Made by a program: the position numbers and the translations under genes. A stretch of DNA of 64,000 bases from Thermodesulfobacteriota bacterium (GTDB lineage Bacteria > Desulfobacterota_D > UBA1144 > Nemesobacterales > UBA2774), in assembly GCA_963422265.1 (NCBI GenBank), contig OY729416.1:1344001-1408000 (forward strand), read 5' to 3'. How positions within the stretch are numbered: the stretch's first letter is position 1; every line of letters begins with the position of its first letter. Below are positions 22,751-33,675 of the stretch, piece after piece. The notes under the pieces were generated by a model. It made no database searches. It had not been told where the DNA came from and saw nothing but the letters and a program-made list of their open reading frames with translations.

Positions 22751-23088
22751 TCACTATCAAGATGGCGAGCAGCTTGAAATAGACAGCATGAAATCACCGT
22801 TTGAACAATACGTTTTCTTCGGGGACGACAAGCTCGCCCACGCCGTCAAGCTCTCGAAGAAACCTAGCAAGGACGGTAAACTGAAAATCAACCTGCGCAG
22901 CCTCTACGCGGATATCGACATCGCCGAGTCCCTCTCCAACGTCCTCGGCAAACCTATCCGCAAACGTACTGCCGACAGTGCAACCTTCACCGACGGCACT
23001 ACCAAAAAAATCAACCCCGCAAAGATGACGGCAGCAGAACAACAGGATTTCATCTCTCTCATCAAACCCTATCTGTGGGGGGGGTTGA
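22738..23088 (+). repeat. mod 3' segment, copy A2
   Basis: Diverged copy of 20261-20613. Confidence 0.95.
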
Positions 23089-23156
23089 ACAACAAAGCGT
23101 TGTGTTTGTTTTTCTGTTTTTTTTAGTGTTATACGGTATAATTTTCTTGAAAGAAA

Positions 23157-24560
23157 ATGCCATTCAAGCTAAAAATAGAGAACTTTGGAAAATTATCTGA
23201 TGCAGAAATCCACATTGGGCAATTTACTGTATTTGCTGGACCTAATAACACAGGCAAAAGTTCTGTCTCGAAATTGCTTTATTCACTGTTTGATGGAATG
23301 AACGCTAACCATGCTTTAGTGTATATCAATAATTTGATACACCCATTGCGGAGAGGTTTGGGTAGATCAAGAAGATGGTTATATGACGATGGACATGAGA
23401 AGGAGGGACTGTTTCAAAAGAGGTTTCTACTTTCCTTAAAGGATGAGATAGATAAAATAGAGTACCTCGTCCGGTCATGGTCTATTGATAATTTTGAGCA
23501 AATTGAGAAAGAGTTACCTAAGCTTTGTGATTATATAAAAAGGATACGCGAATTATATGAAGGGTTTAATCAAAAGCAATTACCACAACGGGAATCAAAA
23601 TCTTCCTCTGCTGTTTATTCTGATTTTGAGAGTTTAGGAAATTCATTAAATGAACTATATGAAGAGATTAAAGAAGTAGGTGCCGAGGATGTTGTTAAAA
23701 ATGGCGTAAGACAGAAAATATTTCAAAATATAATTCAGAATTTTCAAGTATCTGACCTTTCATCCCTGGCAACACAACAAGAACATCCGTCTAAAGTTTC
23801 TATTGATGGCATTGGCAATTTTAAGTTTAGGAACAGTGACACTGTTAATTTCGACATTAAAATTCCTGGACTGCAACAACTACAAAATTACTCAAGAGTG
23901 ATATATCTAGAATCGCCTGTTTACTGGAAGTTGAAGTCTGCTCTGGAAGACATTCAGATAAACCCACGTTTTTTCCGTTCTATGGGCAGACATAGACGGA
24001 ACGGAGTCCCTGGATATTTCTATGATTTGGCAAGTGCTCTAAGATCAGAGTATGCCGGTGATATTGCTTTTCCTAATTTGTATCAAAAGTTAACTTCAGA
24101 AGACGTTGTAGGCGGAAAAATCTCGGTCTCTGAAACTGGAGAGGTGAATTTTCAGGAAAATGGACGCAGTTTTTCATTACATCTGACCGCAATGGGAGTG
24201 GTCAACCTTGGCATCATAGCATTGCTTATTGAACGCAAGATTATAGATAAAGGAACCTTTCTTTTCATTGATGAGCCAGAAGCTCATTTGCATCCAGCTT
24301 GGCAGGTGATCATGGCTGAGACTTTGTTTGAATTGGCAAAAGGAGGGGTAAATGTTGTCATTGCCACTCACAGCGCAGATATTCTCAAGTGGTTGGAAGT
24401 GCATTTAAAAAAGAACCCCGATGATGAGCATCTGGTTGCCTTGAATAAATTTCCGGCCAATGGTAAGGAGATAGACAGACAGGATTTCAGCGATAAAATA
24501 GCATCTATCAAGCAAGAATTGACCAAACCTTTTGCTGATCTATACCTGGAAGGGATATGA
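23157..24560 (+). CDS. ABC-type ATPase (AAA_15/AAA_21-like)
   Basis: GPNNTGKS, FIDEPEAHLHP and ATHS motifs. Confidence 0.85.
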   Translation: MPFKLKIENFGKLSDAEIHIGQFTVFAGPNNTGKSSVSKLLYSLFDGMNANHALVYINNLIHPLRRGLGRSRRWLYDDGHEKEGLFQKRFLLSLKDEIDKIEYLVRSWSIDNFEQIEKELPKLCDYIKRIRELYEGFNQKQLPQRESKSSSAVYSDFESLGNSLNELYEEIKEVGAEDVVKNGVRQKIFQNIIQNFQVSDLSSLATQQEHPSKVSIDGIGNFKFRNSDTVNFDIKIPGLQQLQNYSRVIYLESPVYWKLKSALEDIQINPRFFRSMGRHRRNGVPGYFYDLASALRSEYAGDIAFPNLYQKLTSEDVVGGKISVSETGEVNFQENGRSFSLHLTAMGVVNLGIIALLIERKIIDKGTFLFIDEPEAHLHPAWQVIMAETLFELAKGGVNVVIATHSADILKWLEVHLKKNPDDEHLVALNKFPANGKEIDRQDFSDKIASIKQELTKPFADLYLEGI

Positions 24561-25123
24561 CTGCGCTTGCAAAATTCTTGGAGAAGATTGATGTTGCTGG
24601 TAAGACTCTTGGATATCAGGCATATCGTATGGATGGCAACTCACCAAAGCCTGATATGAGGAAATATGTCGGCTTGGGTACTTGTAACTGCTGCGATTAT
24701 TTCATGTTCAGCAAGAAGGAAAACATTACAGTCTTGATTGAAGAAACCAAGCTCAACGAGCAAATCAAGGATTTGAAAGGTGAATACCGTTATTTTGAGG
24801 TTAAGGACCTAACCGAGTTTGTCAGGAAGTACATCCGAAATGAAAACAAACTGAAAGTCTATGGGTCAATGCTCGTATTGTGTCGCTTGGCTACTGCATG
24901 TAAAAATGTGACACGTCTTCTGCAAACGAAAAAATACAAGTTTTGGCTCGTCGTCAGCGATGAGCGTCGTGTTGTCGAGGATGCAAAATGGTTGGATCAC
25001 CTCACAAAGGATCTGAAAGATGATCTGAAAAGTGTCTTATCAAAAAAACTTGTAGATGATGTTAAGATCATACCATCCGGCAAATTTGTTGAAAAGCTAT
25101 CGCAATATGCAACCCTTTCTTGA
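24557..25123 (+). CDS. Hypothetical protein coupled to the ATPase, possible PD-(D/E)xK nuclease
   Basis: ATGA overlap with the ATPase stop; CDY...VLIEETK resembles a D...ExK motif. Confidence 0.6.
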   Translation: MTALAKFLEKIDVAGKTLGYQAYRMDGNSPKPDMRKYVGLGTCNCCDYFMFSKKENITVLIEETKLNEQIKDLKGEYRYFEVKDLTEFVRKYIRNENKLKVYGSMLVLCRLATACKNVTRLLQTKKYKFWLVVSDERRVVEDAKWLDHLTKDLKDDLKSVLSKKLVDDVKIIPSGKFVEKLSQYATLS

Positions 25124-28053
25124 AACCATTGCTCAAACCTTAAACTACGGAGACCTGCCTGAAACGTGGCGTGTGCCAGATATTGACCGGTTTTCACCTG
25201 ACAAAACGCTTTACGATTATCAGAAAGACGCACTGAGAAATGCGGCGCGTGCGCTGTATCTCTACTATGAAAAATCGCACGATTGGCGTTGCACCGAACA
25301 GCAGGATACGATTAACAGGCGCAAGCAGGATTTTGCTAACAGATACGCCACCTCTCAAATTGGCGACTTCACGATAAAAAAATTATGAAAGTAATGCAGA
25401 CAGAAGAAACCAGCGACGAAATCCCGTGTTCCGTATTCTTTCCGAATATATAACCCCATTTGGCGAAGAGATTCTCTATTCACAACTAATCAATCGTATG
25501 TGCTTCTGGATGGCAACGGGAAGCGGAAAAACGCTTGTTATGGTTAAACTGATTGAGTATCTCCACTCTTTGATACAACACAGGGAAATCTCGCCGCATA
25601 ATATTCTTATTCTTGCGCCAAGCGATCACCTAATCAAACAGATACAACGAGCTGTAGATGAGTTCAATCAGGTTGGATTACATATTGATCTTATTCCGCT
25701 ACGTGAAAGACACCACAAGCACCAGGGACGGCTTGGTAACGCGACAACTGTTTATTACCACCGCAGTGATAACATTTCCGATGTTCAGAAAGATGCGCTG
25801 ACCGATTATCGCGGTTATGAAAACGGTGGGAAGTGGTACGTGTTTTTGGACGAAGCGCACAAGGGAGGCAAGGAAGACTCAAAACGGCAGGCTTATTATG
25901 CAGTCATGGCACGCGATGGGTTCTTATTTAATTTTTCGGCGACTTTCACTGACCCCCAGGACATTGTAACAACAGTCAAAAAATACAATTTACAGGAGTT
26001 TGTTAAAAACGGTCACGGCAAAAACATCTACCTGAACGATGTAGAATACAACGCTTTCAAAAACAGGGTAGAAGAAATAAGCCACGATAAAAGACGTAAG
26101 ATCGTTTTGAAATCACTCATAACGCTAGCTTATGTTTGCCTGCGCATTAAAGAACTCCGCAGATATACGGGTTTGGAGGAAAAACTATATCACCTACCCC
26201 TTATGCTGACCCTTGTTAATTCAGTCAATACAAACATTGAAAACGAAAGAAACGACTTATGGGCGTTTTTCCAAACCTTGCGTGAAATTGCGAGTGGAGA
26301 GATTGATGAGGCGATTTTCCAAACGTTAAAAGATGAACTGGTTAATGATTGGAGCAAGGGGAGTATGCTCTTTGGAGAGGACGCCGGGGGAATTATCGGA
26401 ACGGATAAAACCTCTGTTACTGAAATGGAGATTGCCGATCTGCGAAAGAGTGTATTCTTGAGCAGTGAAAAGGGATCGCTGCAACTCATCCGCAGCAATG
26501 ATAATAAAGAGCTTGCATTTCAGATGAAAAATGCAGATGATCCGTTCGCGCTGATACGCATAGGAGATACGTCAAAGTGGCGCAAAGACCTTCTTGTCGG
26601 ATATGAGGAGACGTCAACTCTTAGGGAAGAATCTTTTTTTGATGATTTGGAGCAGAGTAGCATAACGATACTGATGGGTTCGCGATCGTTCTTTGAAAGC
26701 TGGGATTCAAACCGTCCAAATGTGATTAACTTTATAAACATTGGAGGGGCAGATGCAAAGAAATTCGTTGTTCAATCCGTAGGCCGCGGCGTGCGGATTG
26801 AGACGCTTCGCGGCAAGCGCCGCCGTTTAGCTTTTCTGTCGAGCAATGACGCAGATGAAAAAATCCTACAAAGTTGTCACGACCGCGTGCAACCTGCGGA
26901 GACACTGTTCCTGTTTGCTACGAACCGAAATGCGGTGAAATCCGTTCTGGAAGGACTACAAGCAGAAAAAATCGGCGTCTTTGAAAGGATTGAAGGCTTT
27001 GCGAAGTCGGAAAAACCAAAAGTCAACGGCAAAGAGATGCCTCTTCTCATTCCTGAATACAAAGACGTAAAAGGCAATGACGCGAGACGGGCAAAGTTTG
27101 CGATGAGCAATGAAACCCTGAACAGGTTTAAGGGGTGGGTTCAAGGCACTTCTGACTCAGTGTTTGCCGTTCGTGATAACCTTTCAATAGAAGAAATACA
27201 AGGTTTGCGTGACACAACAGAAGGACAGAACGTCCAGATAAAACCAGAGAAGAGTTACGTAAGCCTTTCCTTTCTTCAAAATCGTATTACGTCTCACCTT
27301 GCAAAAATGGGAAAAACGACCGACCAAGTGCGAGAATTGAATGAATATGAGGACATTGTTCACTTCCGTCAGATTCGCATTCATGCTGAGTACGTTAGTA
27401 AACTTCAAGAGAAGGTCTGTCAGGTTAAAAAAGGAAAACTTTCAGACGAAGAACTCACAGAATTGTTTGAGCAGTTTCAGAGAAAAGAGATAACAAGAGA
27501 AGAATATGACAACAGGTCTTCTGGAAAAACGCAGGAGACCTTCAAAGACTTGACCATCAAAAAATTACTTGGTCATTATTACCTGCCTGTCATATTAGGA
27601 GACGAAAAGGCACATTACATAAAGCACATAATCAAGGTCAAAAGCGAAATTGACTTTTTAACTGCTCTTGAAGAGTGGGTGGGGAAGAATGAAGTTAACT
27701 GTGATGGCTGGATGTTCAGCAAGATAGACGAGGGGTTGGATAACGTTCATATTCCCTACTATGACTCGAGTAAAAATGAATATCGCCGTTTCCTGCCTGA
27801 TTTTGTTTTTTGGACATGTAGAGATGATGAATACCGCATTGTTTTTGTTGACCCCAAAGGAGTAGAGCATGCATCCTCTTATCGTAAGATTGACGGCTAT
27901 AGACAACTTTTCATCAAAGACAACGCGTTCAGGATCTTCAATTATGGCAAGCACAAGGTTTCAGTAGCCCTTTTGTTTTATAATCCCCAAAGCAATCCTT
28001 TAGATTATTATACGAATTTCTGGATTGAAAGCCCATCTCAAATATTTGTATAA
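25107..28053 (+). pseudogene. res: Type III R-M restriction subunit (Res), frameshifted at the A7 run 25376-25382
   Basis: N-terminal piece 25107-25388 continues in another frame (YESNADRRNQRRNPVFRIL). Motifs MATGSGKT, DEAH and C-terminal PDF...DPKG nuclease. Confidence 0.85.
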
Positions 28054-28264
28054 CAGGAAAAATGGCTTGGCGATTTTGGTCAACATATGTATTGACGTTT
28101 GATATTTGGTTTTAAGAAATTTGCTGCTAAATCGGTCTCATAAAACGGTTTTTTAAGAGTCCATTAAGCTCCGTTTAACACAGTTTTGAATGTGGATTAA
28201 AGGTGCTTTATTGTATGGCGGGGTTTTTCCAATTTTTGGGTTATTGTATTTACTATAGCTAGGG

Positions 28265-29413
28265 CTATTCGCGTTTAACCCCACTTAGCTCTTGAAGTAA
28301 GGATTCGAGAGTTTCCAACTTGATCTCATACTGTTCAGATATTCTGTTGAGTTCAGCTTGGCGTAAATCAAATCTTGGATAAGTGTTGTTGTTGACAGAG
28401 AATTCAGGCTCGAGCGCATCGGTTTTTAGCGCAAGTTGCGCCACGTCCCACCTCGAATAATGTCCTAGAGAATCAAAAACGGCTTTCACCGCTTTTATCT
28501 GATTAGCGTAGCATTCCGCATACAAGATCGCGTCCTTCTCAAAATTAGGCTCTGCCAAATATCGCCCGGCGGGGTTTACTATTGAGCTCCCCCCAAGAGC
28601 CCAGTCGTAGTTTATGTGATCGCCGTCGCGTATATAATGCCACTTCTCCGGAAAATCCTCAGAAGACAGGTATCCACAACCACTTAGGACGAACGCCCCT
28701 GCCTCAAACGCATGGACTTTTATTAACGATTGCAAGTTGCATAAGGCTCCACCTGGGCTCGTATCGGCTTCAAGCAATTTTTCCGACCCCCTCTTCCAGT
28801 TGCCTGGCCATACTGCTATATGAAACTCTTCGCCCCTGTGAATCATCGCCGATCTGACTAGCGGCATGTGGTTTTCCCAACATATAAGTCCCCCTATGCG
28901 CCCTATTTCCGTATCAAAAACTTTTATATCGCTGCCATCTCCCATGCCCCAATATATCCTTTCGGTATAGGTAGGCATCAGCTTTCTATGCTTTCCCATA
29001 ACCTGCCCTTGATTATCTATAAATAGAAGCGCGTTATAGACCGTTTGGCTTCCATATCTGTCATCTAGCTCGTTGAATCCTATTACCACGTAACAGTTTG
29101 CCTCTTTTGCGGCATTTCCAAGCAAGTCGGTGTCTTCACTGGGAACAACTATGGAGTTATCCTGAAGTGCAATCATAAAGTCCGTCCACTCATGCGGAGG
29201 GGTTTCGTATCCAACAGTGTAATACGCTGGATAGCCGGGTATGAAGGCTTCTGAAAAGCTTACTAGCTCGGCGCCGTTCTTTCCTGCATCCCTGATCAGA
29301 CCACATGCTTTCTGCACTGTCTTTTCCCTATCCATGAAGACGGGAGAGGCTTGAACAACGGCTACCTTAACCTTTTCCTTACCCCCTAGAATTTTGCTGT
29401 TCATTGAGTTCAT
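28265..29413 (-). CDS. Nitrilase (carbon-nitrogen hydrolase)
   Basis: Catalytic triad contexts SEAF, HRKLMPT and ICWEN. Confidence 0.9.
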   Translation of the reverse strand: MNSMNSKILGGKEKVKVAVVQASPVFMDREKTVQKACGLIRDAGKNGAELVSFSEAFIPGYPAYYTVGYETPPHEWTDFMIALQDNSIVVPSEDTDLLGNAAKEANCYVVIGFNELDDRYGSQTVYNALLFIDNQGQVMGKHRKLMPTYTERIYWGMGDGSDIKVFDTEIGRIGGLICWENHMPLVRSAMIHRGEEFHIAVWPGNWKRGSEKLLEADTSPGGALCNLQSLIKVHAFEAGAFVLSGCGYLSSEDFPEKWHYIRDGDHINYDWALGGSSIVNPAGRYLAEPNFEKDAILYAECYANQIKAVKAVFDSLGHYSRWDVAQLALKTDALEPEFSVNNNTYPRFDLRQAELNRISEQYEIKLETLESLLQELSGVKRE

Positions 29414-29414
29414 A

Positions 29415-29807
29415 TCAGGAAATTATTATGTTTCCCTGAGCGCCGCGCTGCGCATCTGTCTTCCGAGCCGTTTTAGTGGCTCTGGAACCTATTAACGAAA
29501 GGAGCTTATTCTTAAAATCCTCTTCATAGTCGCATATAGAAGGTATGATATAACCTAGCATAGCTATCTGTAGGAAGTACTCGGTGTTTGCCAAAAGGTG
29601 ATCCTCCTGCATCCGCTCTCCATACATTTGTTTCAAATTCGTATATATAGTGTTTCCGAGCTCACCCGTAACTTCCGTCACACTTTTGGTGCCCTGAGTT
29701 TGCTGATTGAAAGACACCCCCAGGTTAAAAGCCATCAATATGGATTTTTCCATATTGCCCTGCTCGGGTTGGGCTTTGGAACTATTTGTTTGTTCTTGGT
29801 CTGACAT
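29415..29807 (-). CDS. Hypothetical protein co-transcribed with the nitrilase
   Basis: GGAGG RBS before ATG 29807; stop lies 1 bp from the nitrilase start. Confidence 0.7.
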   Translation of the reverse strand: MSDQEQTNSSKAQPEQGNMEKSILMAFNLGVSFNQQTQGTKSVTEVTGELGNTIYTNLKQMYGERMQEDHLLANTEYFLQIAMLGYIIPSICDYEEDFKNKLLSLIGSRATKTARKTDAQRGAQGNIIIS

Positions 29808-29954
29808 GTTAGTTACCTCCTTGAAATTCAAACTATTCTAACACATTGTAAAGTTAAATGCTCGGAACTTACTCATCAACTTGCGTTAACTTGCGTTTGA
29901 TTTGCATTCTTAAAAGTGTAAGAGTATTGGCAGATACTAAATGGAGGCGTAGAA

Positions 29955-31655
29955 ATGGCATCAGCATCAGTGCAGGGTGGATGGCTTGTCGCTAAGACGC
30001 TGCGTGAGCTTGGCGTGAGAGACGTGTTTTCGCTGGGTGGTGGGCATATAAACCCCATTTATAAAGCTTGTTTGGATTGCGGCGTCAGGATTATAGATAC
30101 GCACCATGAGCAAGGGGCTTCTATGGCGGCGGACGCTTACGGCAGGGTAAGAAGAAAGCCGGGGGTTTGTCTAGTTACGGCCGGTCCCGGTTTTACTAAT
30201 GCTTTGACTGGGGTCGCCGGGGCTTATATGTCAAACGCGCCCTTTATTATAATTTCGGGAAGATCGGGAGTAGAGGAGAACGATAGGCTGTCTCTTCAGG
30301 AAATTGACCAGCAGGCTATGGTTGCTCCCATTACAAAGTGGGCAAGGACAGTATATGACCACAAACGCATTCCAGAGTATATATCCTCAGCTTATAAAAA
30401 AGCCATCTCAGACAGACCTGGACCAGTGTATCTCGGCATGTCCTACGAGGTGCTTTATCCTTATTGCAAAGAGGATGAAGTAGTGCCTTACAATACCACC
30501 GTCCCCGCTTATAAAATAGAAGCTCCCGATAGCGTAATAGAGGAGGCTGTTGGCATTTTGAAGTCATCGGAGAGACCAGTAGCCATAGCAGGGAGCGGCT
30601 CGTGGTATTCAGGGGCGGATAAGGAAATCGCCAGGCTTATCAATATTACGAATATGCCCTTGTTTACTTTAAATTTCGGAAGGGGAATTGTATCGGACGA
30701 TCACCCAGCGTGTTTTGGGGCAGCAAGTCCATCTGCCCCGAACGCGTTCAGAGAGATAACGTCGCAGGCTGATCTGATAGTCCTCTTGGGCGTAAGATTA
30801 AGTCTTTACATTGGTTTTGGACAAACTTTTAATCCCAACGCAAAAGTGATTCAGGTTGATATTGACCCTGCGGAAATTGGCAGAAATAGACCGGCCGATC
30901 TAGGGGTTGTGGGAGATCTGGGAAAAGTAGTGGCAAAAATAAATGATCGCATTCGAGAAGAGTCAACTAACTTTAATTATGGAACATGGTTAAAAAAAGC
31001 CCAAACGCTTAGGGATAAGGAATGGCGAAGGGTGGGTGATTTGATAAGCTCAGATAAAATCCCTATACATCCCGTCCGGGTTGTAAAAGCAGTTCAAGAC
31101 GTGCTTGGGGGAGATGGTATTTTTGTCATCGACGGAGGCGATACGCAATCGTGGGCAGATGGATGCTATCAAGTGAAGAATCCGGGACACTACGTGAAAG
31201 GTGGACCACTCGGCTGTATGGGAGTCGGTGTTCCTTTCGCAATTGGGGCAAAAACCGCCGTTCCCAATAGACAAGTCGCCCTCGTAAGCGGAGACGGAGC
31301 GATAGGGATGAACTTTATGGAGTATGAAACGGCTATCAAGCATAAAATCCCTTTTGTAGCCGTTGTTTGCAATGATCGGGCTTGGGGTATGACTAAGCAT
31401 CAACTTGAGATAACGTATGGCAAAGAAAGCCCTAAAATAGGGGTGGATCTCGAGTTTACGCCTTTTCACGAGGTAGTAAACGTTTTAGGCGGGTATGGAG
31501 AGCTTGTAACTGATCCTGCTGAATTAAGGGGAGCATTAGAGCGTGCTTTTTCTTCTGACCTTCCCGCTTTGCTAAACGTCGCTACTGACCCTGAAGTGGT
31601 AAGCGGGGCAACCCATGCGATAACGCAGATGATGATGTCCGTTAATAAAAGATGA
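29955..31655 (+). CDS. ThDP-dependent enzyme (acetolactate synthase-like / 2-hydroxyacyl-CoA lyase family)
   Basis: HHEQGA, TAGPG and GDGA...ND ThDP motif. Confidence 0.85.
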   Translation: MASASVQGGWLVAKTLRELGVRDVFSLGGGHINPIYKACLDCGVRIIDTHHEQGASMAADAYGRVRRKPGVCLVTAGPGFTNALTGVAGAYMSNAPFIIISGRSGVEENDRLSLQEIDQQAMVAPITKWARTVYDHKRIPEYISSAYKKAISDRPGPVYLGMSYEVLYPYCKEDEVVPYNTTVPAYKIEAPDSVIEEAVGILKSSERPVAIAGSGSWYSGADKEIARLINITNMPLFTLNFGRGIVSDDHPACFGAASPSAPNAFREITSQADLIVLLGVRLSLYIGFGQTFNPNAKVIQVDIDPAEIGRNRPADLGVVGDLGKVVAKINDRIREESTNFNYGTWLKKAQTLRDKEWRRVGDLISSDKIPIHPVRVVKAVQDVLGGDGIFVIDGGDTQSWADGCYQVKNPGHYVKGGPLGCMGVGVPFAIGAKTAVPNRQVALVSGDGAIGMNFMEYETAIKHKIPFVAVVCNDRAWGMTKHQLEITYGKESPKIGVDLEFTPFHEVVNVLGGYGELVTDPAELRGALERAFSSDLPALLNVATDPEVVSGATHAITQMMMSVNKR

Positions 31656-31697
31656 TGGCGTATTATAATTTTATAATAGGTTTCTCGTGATCTCTCA

Positions 31698-33497
31698 TTA
31701 TTCCTGCGTTTTTAAGACGGCTAGAAACGCATCTTGAGGAATCTCTATCCTACCGACGTGCTTGAGACGTTTTTTCCCTTCCTTTTGCTTTTCAAGCAGT
31801 TTTCTTTTTCTAGTTACATCTCCCCCGTAGCATTTAGCCGTTACGTCCTTTCTGACTGGTTTAACCGATTCACGGGCGATGATGCGATTGCCTATTGAAG
31901 CTTGTATTATCACTTCATATAGTTGTCTTGGTATCAATGACCTTAACTTGGACGTTAATTCCCTTCCTCTCTCATATGCTCTGTCTTTATGAACTATTAT
32001 TGAAAGAGCGTCAACCGGCTCGCCATTTACCAAGACGTCGAGTTTTATTAGGTCCGAAGCACGGTATCCTATCGTTTCATAGTCCATTGAGGCGTAACCG
32101 CGGGAAACTGATTTCAACCTGTCGTAAAAATCAAACACTATCTCGGCTAGCGGGATTTCATATTCTACTATCACCCTGTCCTGAGTCATATATCTAACGT
32201 TGCGCTGCGTCCCCCTTTTCTTGATACAGAGGTCAAATATGGAACCCAGGTAAGCCCCTGGAGTGTGAATGGACACTAATACGTAGGGCTCATCTATCAA
32301 CTCCATTTTATCAGGCGCAGGTAGATCGCTAGGATTGTCTATATAGCTTATTTCCCCGCTAGTATTCGTGACCTTATATATGACTGTGGGGGCAGTGGTA
32401 ATAAGTTCGAGTTCAAATTCACGCTCAAGCCTCTCCTTTACTATTTCCAAATGCAGCAGCCCGAGAAATCCACACCTAAACCCGAACCCCAGCGCGGCTG
32501 AAGTCTCTGGCTCATAAGCTAGGGAAGAATCGTTCAACCCTAGTTTTTCGAGAGACTCCCTTAATCTTGCGTAGTCTCCTGAATCTATGGGGTACAAACC
32601 ACTAAAAACCATTGGTTTCATCTCTCTAAATCCCGGTAGGGGCGTCTCCGTAGGTTTAATGGCATCCGTGATAGTTTCTCCTACTTTAGCCTCGCCAACT
32701 TCCTTAATTGAGGCAGTAACAAAACCAACCTCACCGCCTGAGAGCTCTCTTACCTGCGACGCTCTCGGAGAAAAGACTCCCAGCGTCTTCACCTCATAAG
32801 ATTTACCAGTTGACATCAGCGTAACCTTACTACCTACATCTATTCTACCTTCAAATACCCTTATCAGCATTACGACTCCCTGATAAGAATCAAACCAGCT
32901 ATCAAAAATAAGTGCTTTTAATGGCTTATGGGATTTATCGGGGGGCGGCTCTACCCTTTCTATAATGGCTTCAAGGATTTCTTTCGTTCCTATGCCCTCT
33001 TTAGCACTTGCGGCTATAGCATCCTCAGCACTTAAGCCGATTACTTCTTCAATCTCTTCCTTTATCCTTTCTGGGTCTGCGGCAGGTAGGTCTATTTTGT
33101 TGATAACGGGTATCAGTTCAAGGTTTGAATCAGAAGCCATATACGCGTTTGCCACGGTTTGAGCTTCCACGCCTTGCGAAGCATCAACTATAAGTAGAGC
33201 GCCCTCACATGCCATTAGGCTTCTGGAAACCTCGTAGCTGAAGTCAACGTGCCCCGGTGTATCAATTAAATTAAATTGATAAATGCACCCGTCGTCGGCT
33301 TTATAGTTGATCCTTACGGCTTGAGCTTTGATAGTAATGCCTCGCTCCCGCTCGATTTCCATCTGGTCAAGAAACTGCTCCGTCTTATCGCGCTCTGTTA
33401 GCGTCCCAGTAAACTCCAAGATCCTATCCGCAAGGGTCGATTTGCCGTGGTCAACGTGCGCAATTATAGAAAAATTCCTGATGTGTCTGGGTTTCAT
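31698..33497 (-). CDS. lepA: Elongation factor 4
   Basis: [32 protein letters not shown]. Confidence 0.98.
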   Translation of the reverse strand: MKPRHIRNFSIIAHVDHGKSTLADRILEFTGTLTERDKTEQFLDQMEIERERGITIKAQAVRINYKADDGCIYQFNLIDTPGHVDFSYEVSRSLMACEGALLIVDASQGVEAQTVANAYMASDSNLELIPVINKIDLPAADPERIKEEIEEVIGLSAEDAIAASAKEGIGTKEILEAIIERVEPPPDKSHKPLKALIFDSWFDSYQGVVMLIRVFEGRIDVGSKVTLMSTGKSYEVKTLGVFSPRASQVRELSGGEVGFVTASIKEVGEAKVGETITDAIKPTETPLPGFREMKPMVFSGLYPIDSGDYARLRESLEKLGLNDSSLAYEPETSAALGFGFRCGFLGLLHLEIVKERLEREFELELITTAPTVIYKVTNTSGEISYIDNPSDLPAPDKMELIDEPYVLVSIHTPGAYLGSIFDLCIKKRGTQRNVRYMTQDRVIVEYEIPLAEIVFDFYDRLKSVSRGYASMDYETIGYRASDLIKLDVLVNGEPVDALSIIVHKDRAYERGRELTSKLRSLIPRQLYEVIIQASIGNRIIARESVKPVRKDVTAKCYGGDVTRKRKLLEKQKEGKKRLKHVGRIEIPQDAFLAVLKTQE

Positions 33498-33675
33498 AAG
33501 GTCATTTACATCAATGGCGTTGAATCAAACTAGTTATTATAAAGTAACAGGGTTGAGATACAAACTTTTGTCATATTACATGCCAAAATTCACGGTGAAA
33601 ATCGTAGGGTGAAACGCATAAACTCTAAGCACGATTTGACAAAACAACCGCCACAACGTATTTAGGTGCAAATGA

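Larger units (their letters stand above)
22614..23126 (+). pseudogene. Chimeric ORF: Res N-terminus fused in frame to Mod C-terminus
   Basis: First ~46 aa match the res start at 25107; the remainder (HYQDGEQ...KPYLW) matches the mod end. Confidence 0.9.

Noticed and set aside
22614-23126. The 170-aa ORF as an independent novel gene, or an exact assembly duplication
   Set aside because: It is fully explained as res 5' plus mod 3', and both parts differ from their other copies by scattered substitutions.
17848-28264. R-M region as an integrative element or transposon
   Set aside because: I found no integrase, transposase, tRNA target or flanking direct repeats.
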